This document shows positions 1 through 8,982 of a stretch of 32,000 nt of DNA, piece after piece. A program made the position numbers and the translations under genes. Origin of the DNA: Desulfotalea psychrophila LSv54 (GTDB taxonomy: Bacteria > Desulfobacterota > Desulfobulbia > Desulfobulbales > Desulfocapsaceae); the NCBI RefSeq assembly GCF_000025945.1, contig NC_006138.1, forward strand, positions 600,001 through 632,000, in the 5' to 3' direction. The notes below the pieces were generated by a model. That model saw only the letters and a program-made list of their open reading frames with translations, did not search any database and was not told the origin of the DNA. Positions within the stretch are counted from its first letter, which is position 1. Every line of letters starts with the position of its first letter.

Positions 1-2
1 CA

Positions 3-386
3 CGAATTTGCGTTGGCGCCCCACACTGTCCTGGCGGAAACGGAGCAACCGATAAGCTCTCTGCAAAAATCCTCGACAAATTCAGTAAACGTGAAAAAAC
101 CAAGGCAAAATTTAAAATTGCCATCTCCGCCTGTTCCACTGGATGTTCAAATCCAAGAACAACAGATATCGGTATTGTCATGGGCCCCAAGGGCCTCACC
201 CTATATCTCGGCGGCAAGGGAGGCGTTAGCCCACAGACAGGGATTCGTGTTCTAAAGGATGTAAGCGAAGAGACACTGCTGAACGCCATCGAAACCTTAG
301 TTGAGTTTCATGACAAAAAAACTGAAAAGAAACAAAGAATTGCCAAATTATTAGACGATCCTGAATTCCCCTTTGCTCAAATATAA
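3..386 (+). CDS. Sulfite/nitrite reductase-like protein with siroheme and 4Fe-4S binding, C-terminal part (gene begins before the window)
   Basis: Frame 3 is open from base 3 and translates as RICVGAPHCPGGNGATDK...FKIAISACSTGCSNPRTTDIGIVMGPKGLTLYLGGKGG. It has a Cys-X5-Cys then Cys-X3-Cys arrangement typical of siroheme/4Fe-4S reductases. Confidence 0.8.
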   Translation, partial: RICVGAPHCPGGNGATDKLSAKILDKFSKREKTKAKFKIAISACSTGCSNPRTTDIGIVMGPKGLTLYLGGKGGVSPQTGIRVLKDVSEETLLNAIETLVEFHDKKTEKKQRIAKLLDDPEFPFAQI

Positions 387-803
387 TTAACTGGCACTGG
401 AGAAAGAAATACTAAGCCACGGGAACAGACAGAAACAGGGTCTATTACCGTGGTTCTTTATTCTATTAAACCAGAACAGTAACTTCAGTCGCCATCTCAA
501 CAAAAACTATTTCTCAAAAAATTATCACCACCACACCTCCTAACTTCATTAACAAGTTATGCCTAGCGACAAGCAGAGAACCAGCCACAATCTATCTCCT
601 CTAAGAACCTTGTTAAGTGAGACGCCTGAATAGATCCTTTATTCCAAATAAAAAAATACTTGCTTTTTTGCCATTTATTATGGTGCACACATAGAAAGAC
701 GGGGTATTATTCCCCAACGGCTGTAGCGCCGGAGTAAGTATTTCATAAACCCCTCATAATAGATGAAGAGTTTCCTTCTAAAAAACAAGTTAAGGAAAAA
801 AAA

Positions 804-2510
804 ATGGCACAGCGTGTTTTAATTATTGGAGCAGTAGCTCTTGGCCCAAAAGTTGCCTGTCGTTTGAGACGAATTGATCCAGATGCAGAGATAACAGTTC
901 TTGACCGTGACAAACTCATCTCCTACGGTGGCTGCGGTATCCCCTACTATGTTGGCGGTGACGTTTCAGACATCGAAGGCTTGCGATCTACCCAATCTCA
1001 CACCATCCGCGACAGCAAGTTCTTTGGCGAAGTAAAGGGTATTGACGTAAGAACTCAAATTGAAGCAATTGAGATCCTTCGTAAAGAAAAGCAAGTTCGC
1101 ATTCGCGACTTAAGAGACAACAGCGAAGAGCTTCTCTCCTATGACAAACTTGTTTTCGCAACAGGTGCCTCTCCAATACGCCCTCCTTTCCCAGGTGCTG
1201 ATCTCCCTAACGTATCTATCGTTTCCAACCTTCACCATGCAGAGGCAATCAAAAAACGCCTTGCTCAAGGTAAGATTGGCAAAGCTGTTGTTATCGGTGC
1301 TGGTGCTATCGGTATCGAAATGGCAGAGGCGTTGACCGATCTCTGGGGAGTTGAAACCACCATCATCGAGATGGCCGACCAGGTGCTTCCACAGGCTATT
1401 GGTGGCAACCTTGCTACCGTAGTTCAGCGCCACCTTGAAGAGAGCAACGTCGAAGTACTTGTCTCTGAGCGTGTTAGCGGCATCACCAAGGCTGACGACA
1501 GCGACACCCTCACCGTATCTATCACCGATAGAACGATCGACTGTGATATCGTTATTCTCTCCACCGGAATTCGCCCTAATACCGAGCTTGCCAAGGCAGC
1601 AGGACTCGCTGTTGGTCAATTCGGTGGTCTCCTGGTAGATCGTCGTATGCGTACCAGCGATCCACACATCTATGCTGGTGGTGACTGTGTTGAGGTTCGT
1701 AACCTTGTAAGCGGTGCCAACCAGATGATGCCTCTTGGCTCTCTTGCTAACCGTCAGGGTCGTATTATTGCAACCAACATCAATGGTGGCAGCGCCCACT
1801 TCCCAGGAACCGTTGGCACCTTCTGTATCAAAGTTTTCGAACTCGGTGTTGCAACCGCTGGTTTGACTGCCCGTCAGGCAAAAGCTGCAGGGTTTGATCC
1901 GGTTGTTTCTATTGTTACTCAGGCTGACCGGGCTCACTTCTACCCAACCTATCAGGCTATGTACATAGCCCTTATTGCCGATCGCAATTCCCGCAAGGTA
2001 CTTGGTATCGAAGCTGTTGGTAAAGGTGGCGATGCAGTTAAGGCTCGTGTTGATGCAGTTGCCTCTCTTCTTCACCTCGGTGTTGATGTAGCTGAGATAT
2101 CTAACCTTGAAGCTGGCTATGCTCCTCCCTTTGCATCTGCTATGGACATTGTTAACAATGCGGGTAATGTTCTTGACAATATCCTCAACGGTTTCAACAA
2201 AACTGTTGATCCAGATGAGTTCCTTAAAGAGCTTGCTGAGACCGACATTCGCGTGATCGATGTTCGTGGTGCAATTCAAGCCAAGCCTTACCAAGAGAAA
2301 TTTGGCGAGAGATGGTTACACTTCCCACAAGATGACCTCCGCACCCGCTACACCGAAATTCCTACCGACGAAGCATTCTTCGTTGTATGTGACACCGGTA
2401 CCAGATCCTACGAAGGACAGGTTGTTTTGGCTGCCAAAGGTATCACCAATACCAGAAACATCCAGGGTGGTCTTGCCCTGGTTAAGGCTATCGCTCCAGA
2501 ATTCATCTAA
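804..2510 (+). CDS. FAD-dependent pyridine nucleotide-disulfide oxidoreductase (CoA-disulfide reductase-like) with C-terminal rhodanese-like domain
   Basis: 568 aa. N-terminal FAD-binding region, SYGGCGIPYYVGG redox-Cys motif, TGIRPNTELAKAAGL and IYAGGDCVEV motifs. C-terminal VIDVRG...VVCDTGTRSYEG rhodanese-type segment. Confidence 0.9.
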   Translation: MAQRVLIIGAVALGPKVACRLRRIDPDAEITVLDRDKLISYGGCGIPYYVGGDVSDIEGLRSTQSHTIRDSKFFGEVKGIDVRTQIEAIEILRKEKQVRIRDLRDNSEELLSYDKLVFATGASPIRPPFPGADLPNVSIVSNLHHAEAIKKRLAQGKIGKAVVIGAGAIGIEMAEALTDLWGVETTIIEMADQVLPQAIGGNLATVVQRHLEESNVEVLVSERVSGITKADDSDTLTVSITDRTIDCDIVILSTGIRPNTELAKAAGLAVGQFGGLLVDRRMRTSDPHIYAGGDCVEVRNLVSGANQMMPLGSLANRQGRIIATNINGGSAHFPGTVGTFCIKVFELGVATAGLTARQAKAAGFDPVVSIVTQADRAHFYPTYQAMYIALIADRNSRKVLGIEAVGKGGDAVKARVDAVASLLHLGVDVAEISNLEAGYAPPFASAMDIVNNAGNVLDNILNGFNKTVDPDEFLKELAETDIRVIDVRGAIQAKPYQEKFGERWLHFPQDDLRTRYTEIPTDEAFFVVCDTGTRSYEGQVVLAAKGITNTRNIQGGLALVKAIAPEFI

Positions 2511-2547
2511 TGAATTCGCGATAACCGGTACTGTTTAGGTATCCCAA

Positions 2548-2581
2548 GGGTTTGCACAGAGATTGTGCAAACCCTTTTTTT
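2548..2581 (+). terminator. Rho-independent terminator after the oxidoreductase/rhodanese gene
   Basis: Perfect 10-bp stem GGGTTTGCAC-AGAGATT-GTGCAAACCC followed by TTTTTTT. Confidence 0.85.
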
Positions 2582-2656
2582 ATGCTGGTTACGCAAAGCT
2601 TACGGTCCCGCGTTTCCCACCCTATAAAAACGAAGAAGCACCCGCCCATAATAATC

Positions 2657-3049
2657 ATGCTCCCACCAGACAGCTCTATTGAGCAGACATCTACTTGGAC
2701 CAAATACAATCGCCGACTCTGTGATCAATGTCAGGGTACCTGCTGCTCCCTGGCCGTAGAGGTAAAGGCCAGCGATCTGCTGAGAATGGAGGTTACAGAC
2801 CAGTTTGAACTGGAAGAGAACCCAAAAAAAATCGCCAAGAGACTCAAAAAAGAGGGGCTTATCGAACATTTTCGCCAGAAAGATGGCATCTTCACCCTCG
2901 CCAGAATGGCTAATGGCGATTGCATATATCTCCACCCCAAGACCCGTAGATGCACCATCTACCCACAACGACCGGACACCTGTCGCAACCACCCGCAGGT
3001 GGGACCTCGCCCCGGCTACTGCGCCTTTAAGGCAAAAAGCACCCCATAG
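2657..3049 (+). CDS. YkgJ-family-like cysteine cluster protein (putative Fe-S/zinc cluster)
   Basis: Cys pattern CDQCQGTCC...GDCIYLHPKTRRCTIYPQRPDTCRNHP...GYC, typical of YkgJ/UPF0153-type proteins. Start set at internal ATG 2657 because the upstream part of the ORF overlaps the terminator. Confidence 0.75.
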   Translation: MLPPDSSIEQTSTWTKYNRRLCDQCQGTCCSLAVEVKASDLLRMEVTDQFELEENPKKIAKRLKKEGLIEHFRQKDGIFTLARMANGDCIYLHPKTRRCTIYPQRPDTCRNHPQVGPRPGYCAFKAKSTP

Positions 3050-3060
3050 GCACCACAAAT

Positions 3061-3951
3061 ATGAAAGCGATAGCTAAAAAGCACCAGGCGATTATCCTTG
3101 TCCTTCTCGGTGCCGTCATGATCAGTTTTTCAGCTGTCTGGGTTAAGATTGTCGATGTGCCACCCACCTCCTCCGCCTTCTACCGGGCCCTGTTTGGTGG
3201 CATCTTCCTCATCTTCCCAGTCATCCTCACTGAAAAGCTACAGCGACCACGGGCAATAGATATAGCCCTGATCACCACCTGTGGCCTGGCCTTTGCCCTG
3301 GACCTCTTCTTCTGGCATAAATCAATTCTATATATTGGCCCGGGCCTTGCCACCATCATTGGCAACTTCCAGGTCTTCATCATGGCCGGGGTGGGAATAT
3401 TTTTCTTCAAAGAAAAAATTCTGCCTCGCTTTTTCTTCTCCATCCCCCTAGCCCTACTGGGGTTAGCTTTTATTGTCGGCAACAGCTGGCAGGAGCTTGG
3501 TAGCGACTACAAAACAGGGGTGCTCTATGGTTTTTTCACCGCCCTCAGCTACAGCGTCTTTCTCCTTACCCTACGTAAACTGCAGATAAGAAAAAGCCCC
3601 TTCTACTCCACCCTTATGGCAATATCTTTAACCTGTGGAATATTTCTCTTACCCGTACTCGCCATAGAGAACGTCTCTCTTGCCATCCCCAACCTACAAT
3701 CACTTATCTCCCTTGTCTGCCTCGGCCTCTTCAGCCAAAGCGTGGGATGGTCCCTCATAGCCTATGCCATGCCCAGAATACCCGCCTCCATCACAGGGCT
3801 AGTACTACTTCTCCAACCATCACTCTCCTTTGTCTGGGATATTCTCTTCTTTAAAAGGCCCACTGACCCAGGCAATCTCCTTGGTGTCTGCCTCACCCTA
3901 GGAGCCATCTACCTTGGAATGACCAGCAAAAAAAAGACCCCCAAGGCATAG
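3061..3951 (+). CDS. EamA/DMT-family transporter
   Basis: 296 aa with many hydrophobic helices; two-repeat organisation; SFSAVWVKI...PPTSSAFYRALFGG and internal repeat GFFTALSYSVFLLTLRK. Confidence 0.85.
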   Translation: MKAIAKKHQAIILVLLGAVMISFSAVWVKIVDVPPTSSAFYRALFGGIFLIFPVILTEKLQRPRAIDIALITTCGLAFALDLFFWHKSILYIGPGLATIIGNFQVFIMAGVGIFFFKEKILPRFFFSIPLALLGLAFIVGNSWQELGSDYKTGVLYGFFTALSYSVFLLTLRKLQIRKSPFYSTLMAISLTCGIFLLPVLAIENVSLAIPNLQSLISLVCLGLFSQSVGWSLIAYAMPRIPASITGLVLLLQPSLSFVWDILFFKRPTDPGNLLGVCLTLGAIYLGMTSKKKTPKA

Positions 3952-4112
3952 CTCTTCACCAAGCACAACAGCGCCCGACTCCTCCCACAGCTCTCACCGA
4001 ACAGCTCCCTCCTCAACAGAAGATGTAGATCTTTCGCCCAAAATTCAGAAAAGAGACGGCTATTCTTGCAATATAGCTTAAATCGTTTAAACTGAGCGAT
4101 TCTCCAAAAAAT

Positions 4113-4145
4113 GCAGGCATATCTGAAGAAGGCCTGCCTTTTTTC
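4113..4145 (+). terminator. Putative Rho-independent terminator
   Basis: GCAGGC-13 nt-GCCTGC stem followed by CTTTTTTT-like tract, between the DMT transporter gene and the cupin gene. Confidence 0.6.
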
Positions 4146-4208
4146 TATGAAGGGAATGTATGCAAATAATTAGTTAAAATCCTTACTAAATAACAGAGAA
4201 AAGGAGAC

Positions 4209-4556
4209 ATGATGAAAAATCAAGAGTGCCAGAAAATCCTCGATCATGAACTGAGTACCAATGCCATCAACGGGGTTAGTGCCCATGTTGTCCTCGACCA
4301 AAGCGGTGAAGACCTTTGCATGCGCGCCTTTACCATCGAACCGGGTGGTTTAACCTCACGCCATAGCCACGACTCTGCCCACGAAATTTTTGTTCATTCC
4401 GGCCGCGGTCAGGTGTCTCTGAATGGCGAATGGCGAGACCTCAGTAGCGGCGCCGCTGTTCTTATCCCGGCAAACGAAGAGCATCAATTTATGAACGCCG
4501 GAACAAAAGCGTTTGTCTTTATGTGCCTTGACCCCAAGGGAAAAGAGACAACATAG
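4209..4556 (+). CDS. Cupin-domain protein
   Basis: 115 aa with metal-binding cupin motif PGGLTSRHSHDSAHEIFVHSGRGQVSLNGEWRDLSSGAAVLIPANEEHQFMNAG; ribosome-binding site AAAGGAG upstream. Confidence 0.85.
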   Translation: MMKNQECQKILDHELSTNAINGVSAHVVLDQSGEDLCMRAFTIEPGGLTSRHSHDSAHEIFVHSGRGQVSLNGEWRDLSSGAAVLIPANEEHQFMNAGTKAFVFMCLDPKGKETT

Positions 4557-4701
4557 GCTTATTCGTTAGCCAACCCTTACTTATCTATTGCTCCGAGCGC
4601 TCCAGTGCTGTATAGTGGTCACATCTTAGGTTCGATTAACTTTGTAGCAACCTAAATGTCCTACACGCAATAAAACAATAGATTTACAACGGGGGAAAAA
4701 A

Positions 4702-5073
4702 ATGAATTTTAGTATCCAGACAGAACAGAGAAAGGGCAATCTCCACCTCAAGATCTGCGGCAAACCATCAGCTCAGCATCTCAGCTCTCTGGTTAAAACC
4801 ATGGAACAACTCTACAGAGGAGAGGGCAATATTTTCATCCACACCGAGCAAGTAACGGAGGTAGAAGAGCATTGCCCCACGATACTGAAGAGCCTGATGG
4901 CAGAATCAGAACTGCCTCGAAAAAACATCTACATGATAGGAGAAAAGGGCTTTGATCTCGGCGGGGGGTACACAAAGGTTATCATTAAACCTCGCAAAAA
5001 ATCCCGTTGCAATGGCTGCAAGAAGAGCAGAAACAGTCCGGAGCTCCCCATGGTGAACTCTTCAAGAAGATAA
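4702..5073 (+). CDS. Hypothetical protein (possibly STAS-like)
   Basis: 123-aa ORF with GGGGG ribosome-binding-like sequence upstream; no family recognised firmly; Lys/Arg-rich tail containing CNGC. Confidence 0.5.
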   Translation: MNFSIQTEQRKGNLHLKICGKPSAQHLSSLVKTMEQLYRGEGNIFIHTEQVTEVEEHCPTILKSLMAESELPRKNIYMIGEKGFDLGGGYTKVIIKPRKKSRCNGCKKSRNSPELPMVNSSRR

Positions 5074-5074
5074 C

Positions 5075-6754
5075 TCAAACAGTCAAGCCCAACTGAGCAC
5101 ACATTTGGGCGCGCATCTTAAATTTTTGCGGTTTCCCCGTCACCGACATGGGCATCTCATCCACAAATGATATATGATGGGGAATTTTATAAGAGGCAAT
5201 CTTCCCCCGACAAAATTGACGTATATCACTCTTTTCCAGTGAATGTTCAGGCCGAACAATAATCCAGGCACAAAGCTCCTCGCCCAGTCGTGGATCAGGA
5301 ATGCCAAAGACCTGCACCTCCTGAATTGCCGGATGGCCATAGAGATAATTTTCTATTTCACGGGGATAAATATTTTCTCCGCAACGAAGAATCATGTCAC
5401 TCAGCCTACCAACAATGGAACAGTAACCCTCTTCATCAAGGACAGCAAGATCGCCGGTACGCATCCAACCATCCTGAATTGACTCTGCTGTTCTCTCAGG
5501 ATCGGCCCAATATCCACACATTACCGAATAGCCACGGGTCCACAGCTCTCCTGTCACGCCAACAGGAACAGTCTTGCCCTCCTTGCTCACCAACTTTACC
5601 TGTACATGAGGATGAACACGGCCCACCGTTGTAACTCGATTTTTCAGAGAATCAGAAACTTCACTTTGAAAGGAGACAGGTGAGGTCTCTGTCATTCCGT
5701 AGGCGATAGTTATCTCAGAGAGATGCATCCTCCCAACAACTTCTCGCATCACCTCTATGGGACATGGGGCGCCGGCCATAATCCCTGTTCGCAGCGAAGA
5801 AAGATTAAATAAAGCAAAGCTAGGCACACTGAGCATAGAAATATACATGGCCGGAACACCATAGAGAGCCGTACAGGCCTCCTGTTCTATCACCTTCAGG
5901 GTCGTTTTAGGAGTAAAACGCTCGGCAGGAAATACGATACTGGCACCCTTGCTAAGACAACCAAGCACCCCCAGAACCATACCAAAACAGTGGTAGAGCG
6001 GCACCGGAAGACAGAGACGATCACCAGGGCCGAAGTTCATCCTGGCTGTGACATTACTGGCATTATTTAAAATATTAAAATGGCTCAGGGTAGCACCCTT
6101 GGCTTGGCCGGTTGTCCCGCTGGTAAATTGGATATTAACAGGATCATCCCTATGCAAAAGGGGTAAAATATCATCCAGGGGATAATGAGACTCCTCACCG
6201 TCTGCTATAATTTTTTGTAAACTGAGTATATTGCCTATGAGCTCGTTACCCATACGAATGACAAAGCGAAGAGACGAATAATTGAGATGAGGAGAGAGGG
6301 AGTCATCCAGTAGCTGCGGGATCAGAGTTGTAACCATCTCAAAATAATTGGTGAACTTTGATCGGTCCGAAAAAATAATTGCCGAACAATCGACCTGAGA
6401 GAGAATATGATCCAATTCCCGCAAACGACAGGCGGGATTAATATTCACTAAAACAAGCCCTAATCTTGCCGTGGCAAATTGGACCAGAACCCACTCCAAC
6501 CTGTTCTGTGACCAAATGCCTACCCTTTCACCTTTCTTCAGACCAAGTTCCGCCAAGCCACGGGCAAGATTATCGACCCGCTCCGAGAACTCCCTATAGG
6601 TCAATCTAATATCCTGTTTATAAAAATAGAGGAATTCACGATCCCCCCAAGAAGAGACAGCGGCTAGCAATTCCTCTGCTATTGTTTTTTCCTTTAAAGG
6701 AGCACTTTGATCTCCCTGAACCAAAGAGACTCCATTTAACAACGAATTGCTCAT
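5075..6754 (-). CDS. AMP-dependent acyl-CoA synthetase/ligase
   Basis: Adenylate-forming motif FTSGTTGQAKGATLSH, AYGMTETSP, GWMRTGDLA, GRLSDMILRCGENIYPREIE, and C-terminal TGKPQKFKMR. Start chosen at the MSNSLL methionine. Confidence 0.9.
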   Translation of the reverse strand: MSNSLLNGVSLVQGDQSAPLKEKTIAEELLAAVSSWGDREFLYFYKQDIRLTYREFSERVDNLARGLAELGLKKGERVGIWSQNRLEWVLVQFATARLGLVLVNINPACRLRELDHILSQVDCSAIIFSDRSKFTNYFEMVTTLIPQLLDDSLSPHLNYSSLRFVIRMGNELIGNILSLQKIIADGEESHYPLDDILPLLHRDDPVNIQFTSGTTGQAKGATLSHFNILNNASNVTARMNFGPGDRLCLPVPLYHCFGMVLGVLGCLSKGASIVFPAERFTPKTTLKVIEQEACTALYGVPAMYISMLSVPSFALFNLSSLRTGIMAGAPCPIEVMREVVGRMHLSEITIAYGMTETSPVSFQSEVSDSLKNRVTTVGRVHPHVQVKLVSKEGKTVPVGVTGELWTRGYSVMCGYWADPERTAESIQDGWMRTGDLAVLDEEGYCSIVGRLSDMILRCGENIYPREIENYLYGHPAIQEVQVFGIPDPRLGEELCAWIIVRPEHSLEKSDIRQFCRGKIASYKIPHHISFVDEMPMSVTGKPQKFKMRAQMCAQLGLTV

Positions 6755-6792
6755 CTCAGCTCCACTCAAAACAAAATAATCTATAAGGCACA

Positions 6793-6829
6793 AAAAAGCC
6801 CTTGCCCTGTGGGGGGCTAAGGGCTTTTT
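6793..6829 (-). terminator. Putative Rho-independent terminator downstream of the H-NS-like gene
   Basis: AAAAAGCCCTT ... AAGGGCTTTTT inverted repeat between the minus-strand H-NS-like gene and the minus-strand acyl-CoA synthetase gene. Confidence 0.65.
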
Positions 6830-6882
6830 ACCATATCACCATAAAGACAATAATCCCATGGGGCTATTGTCTCTACAATGCT

Positions 6883-7287
6883 CTAACGCTCTATAAGAAA
6901 GGACTCTTTGCTTTTGCCCTCATTCTTGATAGCATTTTTAATAACTTCAGGAGTTCTACCATAGCCACTCCAAGTTTTTAATTCAGCACCATCCATATAC
7001 TCATACTTAGGAGGAAGAGGGCTATTTTTTTGCTTGACGTTTCCCGTTGAGCAGAGCTCAGCAAATTCAAAAGGATCTATACCATCCTCTTCCATAAGAT
7101 CTTTAAATTCTTTCATTTTTGCAAGCTTTGCTTCCAAGAGTTTTTCCCCAGCAAGCACAACTTCCTTACGATCTTCCACAATCTTCCCTAACTTCTGAAG
7201 AGTGCTTTCCAGTTGCTCAATGGACAGATCACGGGTTGCAGCGTTAAGACTACGAACATTTAAAAATGTTTTTAAAAATGAGCTCAT
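6883..7287 (-). CDS. H-NS-family nucleoid-associated protein
   Basis: C-terminal KYEYMDGAELKTWSGYGRTPEVIKNAIKNEGKSKESFLI matches the H-NS DNA-binding domain pattern (TWSGxGRTPxxIKxAxxxGKSxxxFLI); N-terminal coiled-coil-like region. Confidence 0.85.
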   Translation of the reverse strand: MSSFLKTFLNVRSLNAATRDLSIEQLESTLQKLGKIVEDRKEVVLAGEKLLEAKLAKMKEFKDLMEEDGIDPFEFAELCSTGNVKQKNSPLPPKYEYMDGAELKTWSGYGRTPEVIKNAIKNEGKSKESFLIER

Positions 7288-7996
7288 GTTTACTATCTCC
7301 TTATGACAGTGCATTAAAAAAAAATTCTCTAAAAAATCCCACTATATTATTCATGAAGATGAGCAAATCTTGCCCTTCTCCGATGATATTTCCCCATCTA
7401 CTCCATAAAACTTTCTATCTTTAAAAACAGAATATCTCTACAGCTACAAGCTTTACCATATTGAAAAAGTCAAATAAAGACATTAATCCAATCTCTTGCC
7501 CAAAAAAATCTCTTCTCCCACCTGAAAAGTCATTATAAGAATAATCATTTCTTTGCAAAATAGGCACAACAGGCAAAAATGATAAGCTGTTTACATGGGC
7601 TCATGTCAAAATATGATTATGCACATTTTTCAACCAATGAGAAGAAAATATTCATATCTCCCTTACAATAAATGAGCATGGTGACAACAAAGGTTTTTTA
7701 TTATGACAAGTAAACTGGATTTAAAATATCCAACAGGAGGAGCTCCTCTACTATTTAGAGCTATCTTTCTCTTCTTTTTTTTATCATCTCTTTATATTTA
7801 CAGGGAGCAATTATACCTGTCCTGTTATTATTGGCACCAATAAAATAACTTTACGTTATAAATTATCCCGTTTCTCATTAGAGCTACCCTTACCTGCAAA
7901 AAACCGCTCCCCCCCAACTCAGCAAACACAGAGAAACTTTAGAAAAAAATTAAGCGCAAGCCATAGACATTACAAAAAAGCCCACATTTCAAACTT

Positions 7997-8673
7997 TTAC
8001 AAAGGCAAAAAGGCCAAAACAGCTATCCCCGTAAGAAAGAAACAGAGACAGGGAATAAGCAGTTGACGCCAGGTTTGCGAGGGGCTTGCCTGAAAAAATT
8101 CACAGGTCAGAAGAAAACAGATATGCAGAGGCGAGATAAGTACACCAGTAAAACCCGAAAAGCTGGCCAAGACAAGATAGGCTAAAATCTGACCGTCCAT
8201 ACCAAGGGCATGTAACAGACCAAGAAGTAAGGGGAATGTGGCCCCGACAAAGGCAAAGGTAGTGCCAGCAATGGCGCCGACTAAAAATGGAAGGAGGACA
8301 GCCGCAAAGAAGAGGGCAAAACCACCACCTGCCTGAGCCATATCCTGAACAACCCCGGCGTCCGGCATAACATCTTTAAAGATAAAGACAGAGGCAATAA
8401 CGGCAAGCATGGCCCAGACACTCTTTCTGCCGATCATTTCTAATAAAAACCGAGGGGAAAGTCTATTTTGGATGATAACGCAAAGGCCAGCAGCCAACAG
8501 GGCAACAATCACCCCATACTCATATCAATAAGGGGAAAGAAGGCCACAATAACAGCCTCCAGGCTCACAGAACCTATAATGGCTACTAACAGTGGCACAT
8601 TTATTACAAATAAAAAGCAAAGTGAAGATATCGAATCAATTGTGCCCAGAGAGCGATTCCCCAAAAGCGGCAT
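7997..8673 (-). pseudogene. DUF401-like integral membrane protein, disrupted (5' truncated and frameshifted)
   Basis: Minus-strand ORF 7997..8512 (GTG start) encodes MIVALLAAGLCVIIQNRLSP...LLPFLVGAIAGTTFAFVGATFPLL. A second minus-strand frame (8509..8673) encodes LVAIIGSVSLEAVIVAFFPLIDMSMG* and reads like the immediately preceding part of the same protein. Family assignment is by eye. Confidence 0.5.
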
Positions 8674-8982
8674 CCTTTAAATAATGCCTCCCTCTTTATT
8701 ATAACTGACCATCTTTGTTATAACTGGCCCTCTTAAAATAATTGCAGCCAACAACAAAAAATTCTCGTAAAACAAAAAAACATAGACTACGAACAGAGAG
8801 AGGATATATAGTCATAAAAAATCGTCTCTTCAACATAGCTGATGGCAAGCACAACTATTATAGAATAGACCTTCCACCCCAAAGAGAGGTAGTAACGGAG
8901 TAACAATCCTTTGTCTACAAAATATCAAGCCAACAAAAGTTAATTTAACGCACCCTATTTGAATTAGAAATTGTGAGGAAAT

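Noticed and set aside
1110-2294. 394-aa minus-strand ORF opposite the oxidoreductase gene
   Set aside because: It is fully antisense to a strongly recognisable protein-coding gene, has low-complexity Asn/Thr-rich content and matches no known family; treated as a codon-bias shadow.
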